Source: Sphaerodactylus townsendi (Eukaryota). Taken from it: a stretch of 64,000 bases of DNA. How positions within the stretch are numbered: the stretch's first letter is position 1; every line of letters starts with the position of its first letter. This document shows positions 24,449-36,709 of the stretch, in pieces. Under the pieces are notes generated by a model. That model had not been told where the DNA came from, did no database searches, and saw nothing but the letters and a program-made list of their open reading frames with translations. The DNA lies in the NCBI RefSeq assembly GCF_021028975.2, contig NC_059429.1, positions 28,148,001 to 28,212,000 on the forward strand, given 5' to 3'. The translations under genes and the position numbers were made by a program.

Positions 24449-24641
24449 TAAGGTTGGCAACTCCAGGTTGAAAGAGTCTTGGACATTTGAGGAATGCAGA
24501 GTCTGAGGAGGGGAGAGCGCAGCAGCATGTAGAGTCCACCCTCAAAAACCACCATTTTGTTCAAGGAAACTGATCTCTGTAATCTGGAGATCCATTGTAA
24601 TTCTGGTAGAATTCCAGCCCCCACCTGGAGGTTGACAATAT
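24449..24641. mobile_element. ~200-bp hAT-type MITE (same family as 9044 and 23376)
   Basis: TAAGGTTGGCAAC...GGAAACTGATCTCTGTAATCTGGAGATC...CCACCTGGAGGTTGACAA. Confidence 0.7.
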
Positions 24642-25493
24642 CAAGTGGGAAAGATCAGGCTGTCCAGACCCTTTGTTTGCAAGAGAGGCCAGCCAGATGG
24701 CTCTGGAAACAAGGACCACCACCCTCCAAGGGGGTATTTGACTGACTGTTGTATGAAAAAGAAAGCTGGATGAGATGGACCTTTGATCTGACCTGGCAAG
24801 GCAAGTTTTCATAGCTTTTCTTTTATTCATGAAGCCATTTGCCTTTAATGCAATATGAATCCAGAATGTTGTTTTATAATGAGGATTTATGTGATCATAT
24901 TTGTACTTCCCATTCATTCTCATTACAGCTTGTAACTTCTAAGGTAACCAAATAAGGGAAGTGTGGTCATTAGCATGATCGTTACATGCTCTGCTTTTGC
25001 ATATTCATGTTCATCCTTCATTCAGAGAGGCCATTCAAGACAATTGAATATAGGCACTGATTGCCACTGATTTATTATACAGGAGCAGGGTGTGTGTGTG
25101 GGGAGGGGGGAATCCTTTAAAAATGTTCCATAGCTGTGAGAAATGTGAGGGATAAGGAAGAAAAGTTTCTCAGTTTGCTGTGAAATCCATTAGCCTGTTT
25201 ACCTGGAAAAGAACCATTATAATCATGGGGCAAGTATATGTCCATACCAATTATGCTTATGAACAACCTTCATTTATTTCGTTACTTTGAGATATACATG
25301 CTTGAATGATAATGAACTGGAAATACAAGTGAAGAAGAGAACAAATGGGCATGTCTCGACTTCTGCAAAAGTTTCATTCCCTTCAGTGGTGCACTTGGGC
25401 AGAGAAGCCTTCTGGTAGATTCCATCTTTGGGGCTGGGGCTTGTAAGTGATAACATGAAAAACAGAGATGGGAATGTTACTGAAACTTGGAAA

Positions 25494-25866
25494 GAAGAAT
25501 AAGAGATTGGATTTATACCCCACTTTCAGTGGTGGGATTCAGCAGGTTTGTACCACTTTGGCAGAACCAGTTGTTAAAATGGTGCTTGTAAACAACCAGT
25601 TGTTAAATTATTTGAATCCCACCACTGTCCACCTTTCTTTCCTGTAAGGAGTCTCAAAATGGCTTACATTTTCCCACAACATATACCTTGTGAGGTAGGT
25701 GGGGCTGAGAGGGTTCTGAAGAACTGTGACTCAAGGTCACCCTGCCAGCTTCATGTGTAGGAGTGGGGAAACAGATACAATTCCATAGCTCATTTAGAGG
25801 AGTGGGGAATCAAACCCAGTTCTTCAGATTAGAGTCCACTGCTCTTAACCATTATGCCACACTAGG
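25494..25866 (-). mobile_element. tRNA-derived SINE (Squam3-like), interrupted by a hAT MITE
   Basis: The minus strand begins with a tRNA-like head (GTGTGGCATAATGGTTAAGAG...GGGTTTGATTCCCC) and ends TATAAATCCAATCTCTTATTCTTCTT. Homologous to 59247-59541. Confidence 0.8.
25527..25627. mobile_element. 101-bp hAT MITE (CAGTGGTGGGATTCA family) nested in a SINE
   Basis: Perfect 15-bp TIRs; flanks CCCACTTT / TCCACCTT (6/8). Confidence 0.9.
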
Positions 25867-27959
25867 ATTTCTTCACTTTTTGAGTTTTCTTAAGTTAAAA
25901 GTTTCTTGAAGACGAAGCTGAACTCGGGAGATTTTGATAGATGTAATAGGATCAGAGAAGCTAATGATGAAAAAAGATAAGCAGCGCATATCCCCCAAAG
26001 GAAGGAAGAATCATAAAAAAGGCTTCCATCTTCCTCAGCATGAGACAAATGTGTAAATAATAGAAGGTATAGCTATTTATTTTAAATATGTAACTATAAT
26101 CTTTTACATTAACAGAAATGGAAGCCTTCCTCTTCACTCCAGATACAAAGAGCTGGCTGAGGTTCAACAATGGCAAAGAAACAGAGGTACTCTGGTAATG
26201 TAAAAGGTTATAGTTACATATTTAAAATTAACAGTTATACCTTATCTCATTGTATAAACATGTTTGGCAGGGTGGCACACAGAACATTTAGTAGCCATGT
26301 GGCTCTTTGGTTGATAGTAATATAAAAGAATGGGAAGATTCCTTAATTTCAGGGTCAACAATGGGCTATTCAAATATCCTTATTTAGGGTTTTCTTTGGA
26401 CAAGAATATCTTCCAAATAACCCTTCATGAAGATACCCAGGCTGGGAGGTGACAATTTTGTTGGTAGCTGCTCAGATGGTATAAATAATTATAGCTTCTC
26501 TCTAGATCCATCTCTTTATATACAAAGGGGGATTTCCACATAAGCATCCATGTTCACCATTTCTCCCCAATGGTGTAATCAATGGATCTGCATATATGCA
26601 CTGCCTTCTACAGAAAAGAACCATATCATTTTAGTCAGTTTTTTCTTAATAGATTACAGGGGGGCGGGGGGGGGTGTCATTCCATATTTTGCATCTTTTG
26701 ACTGAAAGTACCATCAGTGGAGTGATGTTAGTGAAGTAGGACTTCTTTCCTTCTCTTCTCATGCTACAGTTCACTGGCCCCTGGGACCCTCATGAACAAA
26801 ATGACGACCATCTGCAGAGGGAGGCGTGAACAGGCAAAAAGACCACTCCTCCCCTCTGCTACTAACAGAAGTGTTATTCAGACATCCTTGGATTCAACCC
26901 ATTATTCTCTCCACCTTAATTATATCCTCACAACAACTCAGAGATTGTTTAGACTGAAATAAAGCAACTGTCTGTAGTTCACCCAGCAGGCTTCGTAGCA
27001 TTTTAAGCCTGGGTCTCCCCAATCTTATTACAACACTCTAACTACTACTCCACACAGGTGCCAGTCATTTTGGGTGCAATCCTTTGTATACTTTGTCAGT
27101 GCTACATGGGTGTGTTGGCTCAAAACCTCTTGTAAAAGTCAGTCACCTTGTAGCAGTCCCCACCCTAATTTCAAAAATGATGGCATGGGTCAACTTTTAG
27201 GGTTCTTCCCCCATTCTCAGTCTAACCCAATGGGTGGCAGTAGACATGACGTAAACAGTTGGATGTTATCAGCCCTACATTTCATTCACAAACACATATT
27301 TCTTAGTAAATGCATGATGTCATCATACTTCATTTTCTCACAGATGGCAGCCTATGGAGTGAAGATAAGATTGAGAAACTCAAAGTTTGATGAATATTTG
27401 AAAGAACAGGTTATAAATGGATTGTAAATGCACTTGTACTGAACCATAGGCCCAAGAGAAAAGCTTGACTGAGCTTGCTGAGATTCTGTAATTTCAGTCA
27501 AACATCAATTATACTCCAGATAATTTGATTCACAGAGAGCTACACACCGGATAATTAGTACAATTATTGGTGCTGTTCCAGAAAAAATGACTTGAAAACC
27601 TAATCAAACCAAGGTAACAGAAGAAGCAAACCTTATTAGTGAAGAAGCACAGAAAGAAGGTGTGGAAAGGCCCTGAAGTTAATCAAAATCCTTCCTTGCT
27701 TTAAGGCTGTATCTGACATATTAGTGTGCTCTTTTTATGATTCAGGCAGATACTCTATCTCACTGGGGATGCCAATGGACTACATGATGGCTAAGAAACT
27801 GAAGCTCAGTAAAGGCAAGATGAAGATAATGTTGGTCAACAGTAAAACTAATTATGGGTTGTCAGACTGCCCCAGGCAGGGTTGTACTTTCCCAAAGAAA
27901 CAGCTTCACTCTATGGATCTACAGCTGGAATGCCTGTCACCAGCTTTGGATCAGCCTAG

Positions 27960-29270
27960 AACATCCCTTCTGATGTGCTCGCTATTCCTTTCAGTTTGGT
28001 ATCATCTGCAAATTTAATGAGTAGTCCCATCAGCCTCTCATCCAGATCATTTACAAAAATATTGAAAAGTACTGGGCCCATAACTGAGCCCGATGGGACC
28101 CCACTTGACACCTCCCTCCAATTCAGATAAAATGCCACTACTTTTCGAGTGCAGTTCTCCAACTAGTTTCCTATCCACCTAACAATCTTAGAGTCCAGTC
28201 CACAATTCATCAGAACATTGTGGGGAACCCTGCAGAGGCATAGGGGGCAAAATGGTGCCTGGGGCAAAATGAAAACTGTGCCCATCCCCGCCCACCTCTG
28301 TACGCCCCCGCCACACCATGTCCACATACTGACGTGTGCCTGGGGCAAGACCCCTCCACCCCATCTCTTGGCAGCTATGCCCCTGCTCCTCCCTTTCTTT
28401 GAAACTTGGGATAACATTAGCCCTCATTCAGTCTTGTGGCACATCTTCCAAGAGGTCTAGAACATGGTGGACAAAAGATCTGCAAGTTCTCTATAAAGTT
28501 CTTTGAGCACTCTTAGGTACATAACATCTGGAATGGGAGATTTGTACTCATCTGTATTGCAGCCAGGTGCTTATCAACTACCTCTCTTCCCATATCAGCC
28601 AGTAGCCTGGATGCTTTGCCTTGTCTACTACCATCTCTAGATGAGCCTGTTATCTTATTCAGGGAAACAAAACTGAGGCAAAATAACTACTGAACCTTTC
28701 TGCTCTCTCTCTGTTCTCTGTCAGCATTATTCCATTTTCACCCAACAATAGGACTATCATCTGTTTAAACCTTGTGTTTGCTTCTCACATATCTGGAAAA
28801 AAAGCTTTTCTTGCTGTAGCAAGCCTTCCTAGCTTGCCTCAGCTCACTATGATCTTTGGCCTCTCTGATGGCTGACCTACAGTGCCTAGCAATCCCTAGA
28901 CACTCTTCTTTGGAACTATGCCCTTGCCTCCATTTCTTTCACATTTCCTTTTTCTCCCTTAGCTCATCATAAAGTTCTCTGTTCATCCACATTGGCTTTT
29001 TGGAGTCCCATGTTTCCTAGTTGTTGGAATAGTGATGGCTTGAGATTTCCAGAACTCTGGTTTTAGGAAAGGCCAACCTTCATTTGTTCCTTTCCCAGCA
29101 GTCTTGCCCACTGAATGACTCTCATTATTCTGTAATCTGCCCTACTAAAATCTAACAGACATATACAAACTTCCTTGGTCCACCACAGTAAAAAAGAATT
29201 CCAGGAGGACATGGTCACTTCCCTCTAAGGTCCTCACCACCTTTACTCCATTTACCATCTCTTGCTTGTG
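27960..29270 (-). mobile_element. Degenerate CR1 LINE ORF2 fragment (RT and upstream region)
   Basis: [28 protein letters not shown]...[10 protein letters not shown] (ORF 27956-28162), RVPHNVL..CGLDSKIVRWIGN, and DxMRANVIP. The upstream boundary is approximate. Confidence 0.85.
28233..28385. mobile_element. 153-bp hAT-like MITE inside the CR1 fragment
   Basis: TIR CAGAGGCATAG / CTATGCCCCTG; no TSD visible. Confidence 0.7.
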
Positions 29271-29679
29271 GGAAACTCATTCCCATGTAGGGCCTGTATG
29301 GAAAAGGCTGCACTGGAGAAAAGGCAAACTTGCTCCCTTCTGCTTCTTCCATAAATGGCATTCCATTAATGCAGGAAGCAGGAGGGAGCAATTTTGCCCC
29401 CTTCCCTGCTGCAGCCTCTCAACCCACATGGCTATTACACTGAGTCCCCTGACTTTGGAAATAAAATTTCCTGGCATTGGAAGTGGCTGCTGGAGGAACA
29501 AAAGAGCCAAAAAGACCTACAGCCATCAGCATCTTTTTCCTAAAGGACTGGAGTATCCAACTCACCATCTGCAGAATTGGCTAATTAAGCCCTCCCCCCA
29601 CCCCCACCCCGCTCTGCTGTTCTGCTTCTGTAAAATCTTGCTGCTTTCCTTTTATATCGTTTACATGACTTCAGGGACT

Positions 29680-29900
29680 TATTTTATTTATTTATTCATA
29701 TCTCTCAGATGCAGGGGGGCAAACGTATCAGAAGAAACAGTATCAAATGCTCTCTGGAATATAATCACCTCACATGCCTTTCTGAATGCAGCAAGAGAGG
29801 GTGCCCTCTGCATCTGCTTTGGTAGGCTGTTCCAGAAGAATAGACCCACCACAGAAAAAGCCCATGACCTCTGTTGCCAACCAGACACTCCTAGGCAAGG
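29680..29900 (-). mobile_element. Old L2 LINE 3' fragment
   Basis: Peptide WAFSVVGLFFWNSLPKQMQRAPSLAAFRKACEVIIFQRAF resembles the L2 ORF2 C-terminus, followed by an (AAAT)n-like tail. Confidence 0.7.
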
Positions 29901-30616
29901 ATGCCACCAGGAAATACAACTTTCCAATGCTCTTAATTATTTTAGCATGCTTGTGCTGCTTTAGTAAGGTCTGGTCATATGTAGAGTCTATACAATGTAT
30001 TGCATTTTTGCATTTAATTTACTGTATGTCACTCAAAGCCTTCAGGCTGAAGGTAGGAATTTTTTTTTCACAAGTAAATAAATAAACAAACATTAGCCTC
30101 ATCTCCTGGTAAAAATAAAAATAGGATGGCATCTCTACTTGTCAGAGATGCTCATTTGACAGCAAAAACACCATATTTTTTGCCAATACATGACTGTTGA
30201 CAAATGGATACATTTTCATGACATAATCAATATCAATAATCCATTTTCATGACACATGATGAATATCCAAGGAGTGATGAAATGTGTACTGGAGGTCATG
30301 TACCCAAAGGTTAACTAATACAGTCCAGGTAATTTTTTGAGCAACACTTAAAGTTGACAGAATATGATCTGGCAGATCTGGGTTTACCTTTCCATTCTGA
30401 CATGAACCTTGCTTTATGACCATGAATCAGTCACAGTCTCTTAGTCTGAACTACCTCATGAAGTGGTTTTGATGATAATGTGGAAAAGGGAGAACGTACA
30501 AATGTACTGCCTTGAAATCCTTGGAAGTAGAGTGAGATAAAAATGTATTGGATAGAATCTACTGAAAAAGGAATTGAGCTTCTCAAACTTTGTTATAGGG
30601 AATTATGGAGCTCTTC

Positions 30617-30845
30617 AGAGCCAGTGTGGTGAGTGGTTAGGGGGTTAGCTTAGGATCTGGGAGACCCAGTCTGGAATCTCCACTCATTCAATGGAACCTT
30701 GCTTGCTCACCTTGAGCCAGTCACTCTCAGCCTCACCTACATCACAGGATAGTTGTGAGGATAAAATGGAGGGGAGAAGAATGTTGTGAGGCACTTTTAG
30801 TCCTCATTGGGAAGAAAATCAAGGTATGTTTATCTAAACAAACAA
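30617..30845 (+). mobile_element. tRNA-derived SINE (Squam3-like), diverged
   Basis: GCCAGTGTGGTGAGTGGTTAG head, CTCAGCCTCACCTACATCACAGG...TTGTGAGGATAAAATGG core, AAAC tail. Confidence 0.7.
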
Positions 30846-32306
30846 CCTGAAAGCATAAGAGCTTATTCTTAATGATAAGTTCATTTATGACATGTCATAT
30901 TCAGCTCTCATATTTAGCTTACTCACAACTACCACTCTTCACCTATCATACCCAATTGAGTTCCAAGGTATTTTCTCAGTTGATGTGAGACTACAGTGAA
31001 ATCCAGCAAGAATAGCACCTGGTGGCCAACAGACTAGGCTAGTGCCTTGCATAAACTGAAAGTGCTCGCTAGAATTCACTCCCAGAATCTTCACTCCCAG
31101 AATCTTCTGAGACACAGACAGAAATTCTGTAGCAAATGCAAATGGATTCCTCAGCAGCCAAGTCAATGTTCTCTGAAGGTACATGATATGGAAACTCATC
31201 CAAGTGGCTCAAGCAAGTGAACTGTTGCTTCCTGTGCTCCATGTCAGGCTGCGCGTAATTTCATGTACTTCCACCAAATTGCACACAATGCACATGATTA
31301 GTCCCTGGAGAAACTTGCAATTTGTAACCAATTTTTTGGCTACAAAAGCCCTTTTAAGACTGAGTGAAAGGAAAGTTTTGAAATGACAGTTTTGAAATGA
31401 CAGTTGGCCATTAGAGCTGCAAGTGGTCTTGGGCAAGGCACAGCCTTTCAGCCTACCTTACCTCATAGGGTGCTTTCAACAATAAAATGGGATCACTCCA
31501 TGTGTGCATCCTAAGCTTTCTGGAGGAATGGCAGAAATAGCAATGTAATAAACATAATAATGGTGTTTGTTTGTCTGTGTCAGAGTCTTATCAACTGGAT
31601 GAAGTGTTTGTGTTCAGTTTGACAGAATTTATGAAGTAGCACTACATCCATCATGAGAAACAAAGGAAATAGAGGACCAGGGATACACAAATAATAACAT
31701 TATGTTTCTACTGTGGCTCTCAGTCTCCTCTTGCTGGAATATAACAGATACTGAGGAAACTGTGCAGACTATAGTAGCAGAGGGTCTTCCTTGACTTGTT
31801 CAGTTCTGCATTTCTGTTGCTCCCTGGTAGAGGAAAGAACCTAGCCTGTCAGAAACCATTTAAAACAGTCCATTGGAAAAAAAATGTTTTGCTTTCCCAT
31901 GGTTCCTGAAAGTTCACTGACACTCCCCATCCAGGAACAATATTTGAGGAGGGATCAGTGGGCTGTAGTCAGAGGGAGAAGCAGAAAAGTTCCACTCCAC
32001 AAAGTCCATGGATAGCTGGATACATACTATGGCAGTCAAAGGCTTACTTCAATTCTGGTTTATTTTTTATTATTCAGAGCTCAGAAGATGATAGGTAATG
32101 TTTAAAAAGTGGTGCATGCTTCAAGAAGCAGAATTCCATAAATTAAATGAGGAATTGCCGGCATATAAAGCATCATTCACTTACAGCACTGAGACTACAC
32201 TGAAAACCTGAAACTATATTTGTTTTGTCTTGGACTATTCAGATAAATAGCAGTAGGACCAACCTTTGGCTTGTGAGTGATATTGCCTTTCATCACAGAT
32301 AATCTC

Positions 32307-32527
32307 CAGCCAGCATGGTGTAGTGGTTGAGAGTGGTGCACACTAATCTGGAGAATTAGATTTGATTCCCAACGCTTTCATGTGAAGTCTGCCTGGTGAC
32401 CTTGGGCTAGTCAAAGTTCTCTCAAAACTCTCTCCGCCGACTCAGAGGCAGCTATGGCAAATGTCTTTTACCTTGAAAACCCTACGAGTATGTGACTTGA
32501 AGGTTTGACTTAAAGGCACACACACAT
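32307..32527 (+). mobile_element. SINE with tRNA-like head and RTE/BovB-type tail
   Basis: GCCAGCATGGTGTAGTGGTTGAGAG head; CCTTGAAAACCCTAC...GGCACACACAC tail. Homologous to 45977-46218. Confidence 0.7.
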
Positions 32528-35500
32528 TTACACACTGTTTAGATTACCTGATTGGAGCTATGCACACACATCTTCCCCCCAATGAGCATGCTTACTGTTG
32601 GATGGGGGTGGGGGGGGAGGTTTGAACATTTCTAGTTGCTTAAAGGTAAAAAATCCAAATGTCACAAACATTATTCTAGAACTTCAATGGAAGTAGTATG
32701 AGTTCAATATCCAGGAGTTGCTCTGCTCTAAGAACAAAGGTTACTGCACAGATCAATGGCAATTGAATCACATTCACAGTTCAATTGACTTTGCCCATAG
32801 AAACAATGACTTCTAGCTCAGGCAGTTTTAAGGGATGATGTAGCAAGGATTTTTTAAAACTGGAATTAATTGAACTGTCTCATGAATACCGTCCATGAAA
32901 AGTTGTCTGTGACACTTACTGTTTCAGCTGATGGCAAAGAGATTGAATATTGCAAGTGACATGGCCCGACAGCACCAAGGATAAAGAAAAAACAATGGAT
33001 GTGTATTTCTTAGTTTGGTATTTATTTTTTGCGAGGCAAATCAGCCCCATTATACCTCTGCCAGATTGACCACCAGGTAAGGGTAAAATTGTTGATCTGC
33101 CACTAAGGATAATTTGATGATCACATCATAGGCACTGTAGTTCAGAACTTAATCCACCCCATTGTTGTACTATATCACCTACCCAAAGCCTTGTCCTCAT
33201 GGAAAAAATACTGGAGATGAATGATTATAATAGCTCAGTGGTAGCACAATAAACAGTGTTTTTTAAAGGGGGGACATTTTCTCTATCCTGGAAAACTGTG
33301 GCAAGTCAGAGTAGACATTAATTAAGTGGACAATGACCCCAACTCAATAGCTTCATATGTAAATTACCCATTTTCATTTTCAAATAAATATCCCAAACAT
33401 TCAAGGTCTATTTTCAGCAAGACAGAGATGACTTTCACCCAGCACCTTCCCCTATGTTTGAAAATGTACTTATTACAGATATTAAATAAATTTTGTTGGA
33501 TAGGCATGATGGGGAAGACAGGAGAGAGTTTGATCCTTGTAAGAATTGTCTTGCTGGGCATGCAGCATTTTATAAAAAAAAAAATACAAGACGTGTGTGT
33601 AAAGTGTTAATTTAGTTAATAACTTTTTTAAAAAATAAATAAGTCAATTCCCTTGTCCTTCAAATACCCCAAAGCAGTCAGCCAATCTTTTTCCCTTTGC
33701 CAGTCCTCTGCTAAAATAAATAAATAAATAATCCTCCCAACTGCAAAATCCAGGATTAATTTTAACCAGTATATCAATATAGGATTTAGAATCCTTTAAA
33801 AGCTGCAAAGCCTCCAAATTATTAGAAGGGCATTTAGTTTCCTTTGCAGATCCATGGGGCTTACAATTACACGGTCACTGAGGATGTAAATTATGATGTT
33901 TGAATTAGTGCTCTTTATTTATTTCTTCCACCAAGCATGCTGAGATCAATATAGTGCCGAATGTCATATTTCAGCTGAAAATTTTTAGGCTGAATAAATT
34001 CCGCATAAATAGACTAATACACACAGGCCTGCAAAGGAAGGAAGGGGGATAAAATGGAGCTCTTTAGACTATTTTCTGTGCTACCTGCAGTGTTTGAGTC
34101 ACTGGCTTGCATTGTTAGAAATTCAGTGCAGCACTGGTCCATTCTGCACAGCACAAAAAAGATGTCTATGTGATATCATAAAAAGAGGTAACGGCCTCTT
34201 TCTACCTCGCACACCCCAAATAACATGTACAGGAGAGGTCTTAATGAGAGGCTGCTTCTGGTGTGTTTTCCAGACATCAAAGGTGTCAGAGGGGAAAAGA
34301 AGTTGTTTCCTGCCTGACCATTATGCTCCCTGGTTAGTTTTACACTCAGCTTGCACCTAACATTTTGTTTGCAGCTGAAGGGATTCTCCCTGTCTCCATT
34401 TGCTGAAGGTTGCCTCAGGATGTTTGCCCTGCAGGTTTCATTCCTGGGTGCCTTGTCAGCCCAAAAAGTGCATAGTTGTACTCAGATCATCCTGCCAATT
34501 CTGGCAATACATTGTTTTCCTTTTTAAAAATCTCAATGAGCTATCTCAGTAGCTACATCGACACGAATAAGAGAATCTTAGCTGCTTGGAAGACAGGTCT
34601 ACCACTCATTGAAAAGCATTGGGTATACCTGCCCTCTGCAAACCCACTTGAGTTCCTTTTTTTTTTTCCTTACTGCACTGGCAGCAGATCACAGACATTA
34701 TGTGAGATATACTCATTTTTCTACTAGGGCCTTTTCTACCAGGATACATTTTTCTACCAGGATACATTCACTTGCCGAATTCATGAAGGTGCGTAAAACT
34801 ATTATTCTGGAGGAAATTTGGTGGAAGGTGAAGTGTTTGGTGGAGGGTACAGTGTTTCAACCTTTGACACTGATTTAGTCAAGACAATCCTCCCCACACC
34901 ATTTCCAATCTATTATTCTGGATAATGCTATGTGAAGTACAAGAGTGCGAGGCACATATTGCTGGGACACCTGGTATTGTAGCTGTGATGGACTGCAGAA
35001 GAAATGTATATTTTACTGTGTAGGTCTGTATAAATAACGTATTGTTTACATTAAAGTGTGAGGCATAAAGGCCTAGAAATGGAAGCCACCTGATTAGTTA
35101 TTGCATCCTCCACTTTGATTGGTTTAAAACCTTGATGACACAGAGAGGGAGAAGATTGACTCCCTGACTAGAACAAGTTTAGAGCCTTTTGGATCTGAAT
35201 GTCTATTAGTTAATTGATAACATTATAGTCTGATTATACTGTGTTATAGCCTGTGCCATGTGTTAAAACAATACAATACCCAGACTGAAATAACTGGTGG
35301 CAGATTGATGGAAGAGTGTCTTTCCACTGGGGCCATGTAAACCTGAACTAGGGATCAGATATTCCAGAGATAGGGAAGAAGAATTCCTGGAGTTTTTGCT
35401 TGGTTTCCACCAGAGAGAAAGAGTTATGTTTTAGTTGTAGGGTTTCTAATGAGTGAGGCTTGTGAGGGTACTGAGTATATGTACCAGCCTGTGATAGACC

Positions 35501-36504
35501 CTGAATGAACAATCCACTAGCCAATACCATCTGAAATATATGGAACTATACTATCAAAGAAACATCTAAAAGAACATTTAAGCAGACTAATAACTGAAAC
35601 TGAACACATTCATTAAGCCTGTGCCTGAGAACTATAGCGAATATTCTCTGCCAAACCTCTTTTGTAACTATATTTTATCCTGCCTTATCTTTTTACCTAT
35701 TCCTTCCATCCAAGTTATTTATCCCCCTTTCCCATCTCCTCTCTGTTAAATCAATCTTTTATTCTGTTTGAAATCAGTATTCTTTTGTGTGCCTTATCAA
35801 GGGGTTTTCCAGAAAATTTAAAATAACAAGCAACCTTCACCTTCTGGGAAAGCTATAGGGCTGAGGAGAAGGGCTTTTGTTCCATCATATGCTACCATAT
35901 TTGAAGCACCTCATTTCCTGAGTGGAAAAAGGAATTAAAAATCTGACAAGCTGGGTCAGACAGTGGTTTCCCTGCCTCAGAGAGATGAGAAGGTGAGGGG
36001 GTCCATTGCAGTAGCAATTTTCCTCAGCACTGAAGTAGCAAAAAGAGTAAAAGAGGGCTTAGTTGAATGGATGTGTATATTTTCTCTTTGTGCGCAGAGG
36101 CATACTCAGAAGGGGAGAATTATGCCCACTGTTTCTGACAAGCTAGTTTTCTTGTTTTAATAGATTTCACTTTTCATGTCACTAATGGATCTATGTGCCT
36201 AAACAATTTTAATGGGTTGGATCCAACCTCTTAGTTAACAGAACAAATTATTGTGAGAGCAGAGCAATCTCTGCACATGGAACAAATGGCTATGTGAGGA
36301 GTGTGTGCGCTAAATACTGCTGACCTTCTTTTCTACTGCAACTTCCCATGTCATTTCCATACATATCTCACAATTCCATGGGGAGGGGAACAAGACTTGA
36401 GTGTAGCTAATTGCATAAACTGATGGTGCACTAGAAAACTTTCTGCTGTATCAGGGCTTAAAAACAAGAAAAATAGCAAGTTCCCATCTATGGCTTGGTG
36501 GGGG

Positions 36505-36709
36505 AAAGTGTCAAGTTGCATCCAAGTCATGGTGGTCCAATAGGTTTTCAAGGCCAGGGACAAACAGAGGTGGTTTGCCATTTCCTGACTCCGTGTAGCC
36601 ACCCTGGACATCTTTCATAATCTCCCATCTAAATATTAACCAGGGCCAACTTTAGTTAGTTTCTTAGACCTGATGAGTTCAGGCTAGGCTAGGCCATCCA
36701 GGTCAGGGC
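36505..36709 (-). mobile_element. 5S-rRNA-derived SINE (SINE3-type) with RTE/BovB-type tail
   Basis: Minus strand GCCTGAACTCATCAGGTCTAAGAAACTAACTAAAGTTGGCCCTGGTTAATATTTAGATGGGAGA aligns by eye with the 5S rRNA internal control region. It is followed by ATGGCAAACCACCTCTG...CCTTGAAAACCTAT. Confidence 0.75.

Noticed and set aside
29266-29964. Longest ORF in the track (232 aa, +)
   Set aside because: Runs across a mosaic of repeat fragments, including an antisense L2 end; no recognisable domain or splice context.
32968-32990. RE1/NRSE-like CAGCACCAAGGATA (also TCAGCACCAGAACAACGC at about 52059)
   Set aside because: Only the left half-site matches; the GGACAG right half is absent or mis-spaced.
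34984-35948. Possible old solo LTR (TG...CA)
   Set aside because: No convincing TSD or terminal inverted match; boundaries cannot be supported.
36621-36684. 5S rRNA gene (and tRNA genes at SINE heads)
   Set aside because: Partial, diverged and fused to retroposon tails; these are SINE heads, not RNA genes.
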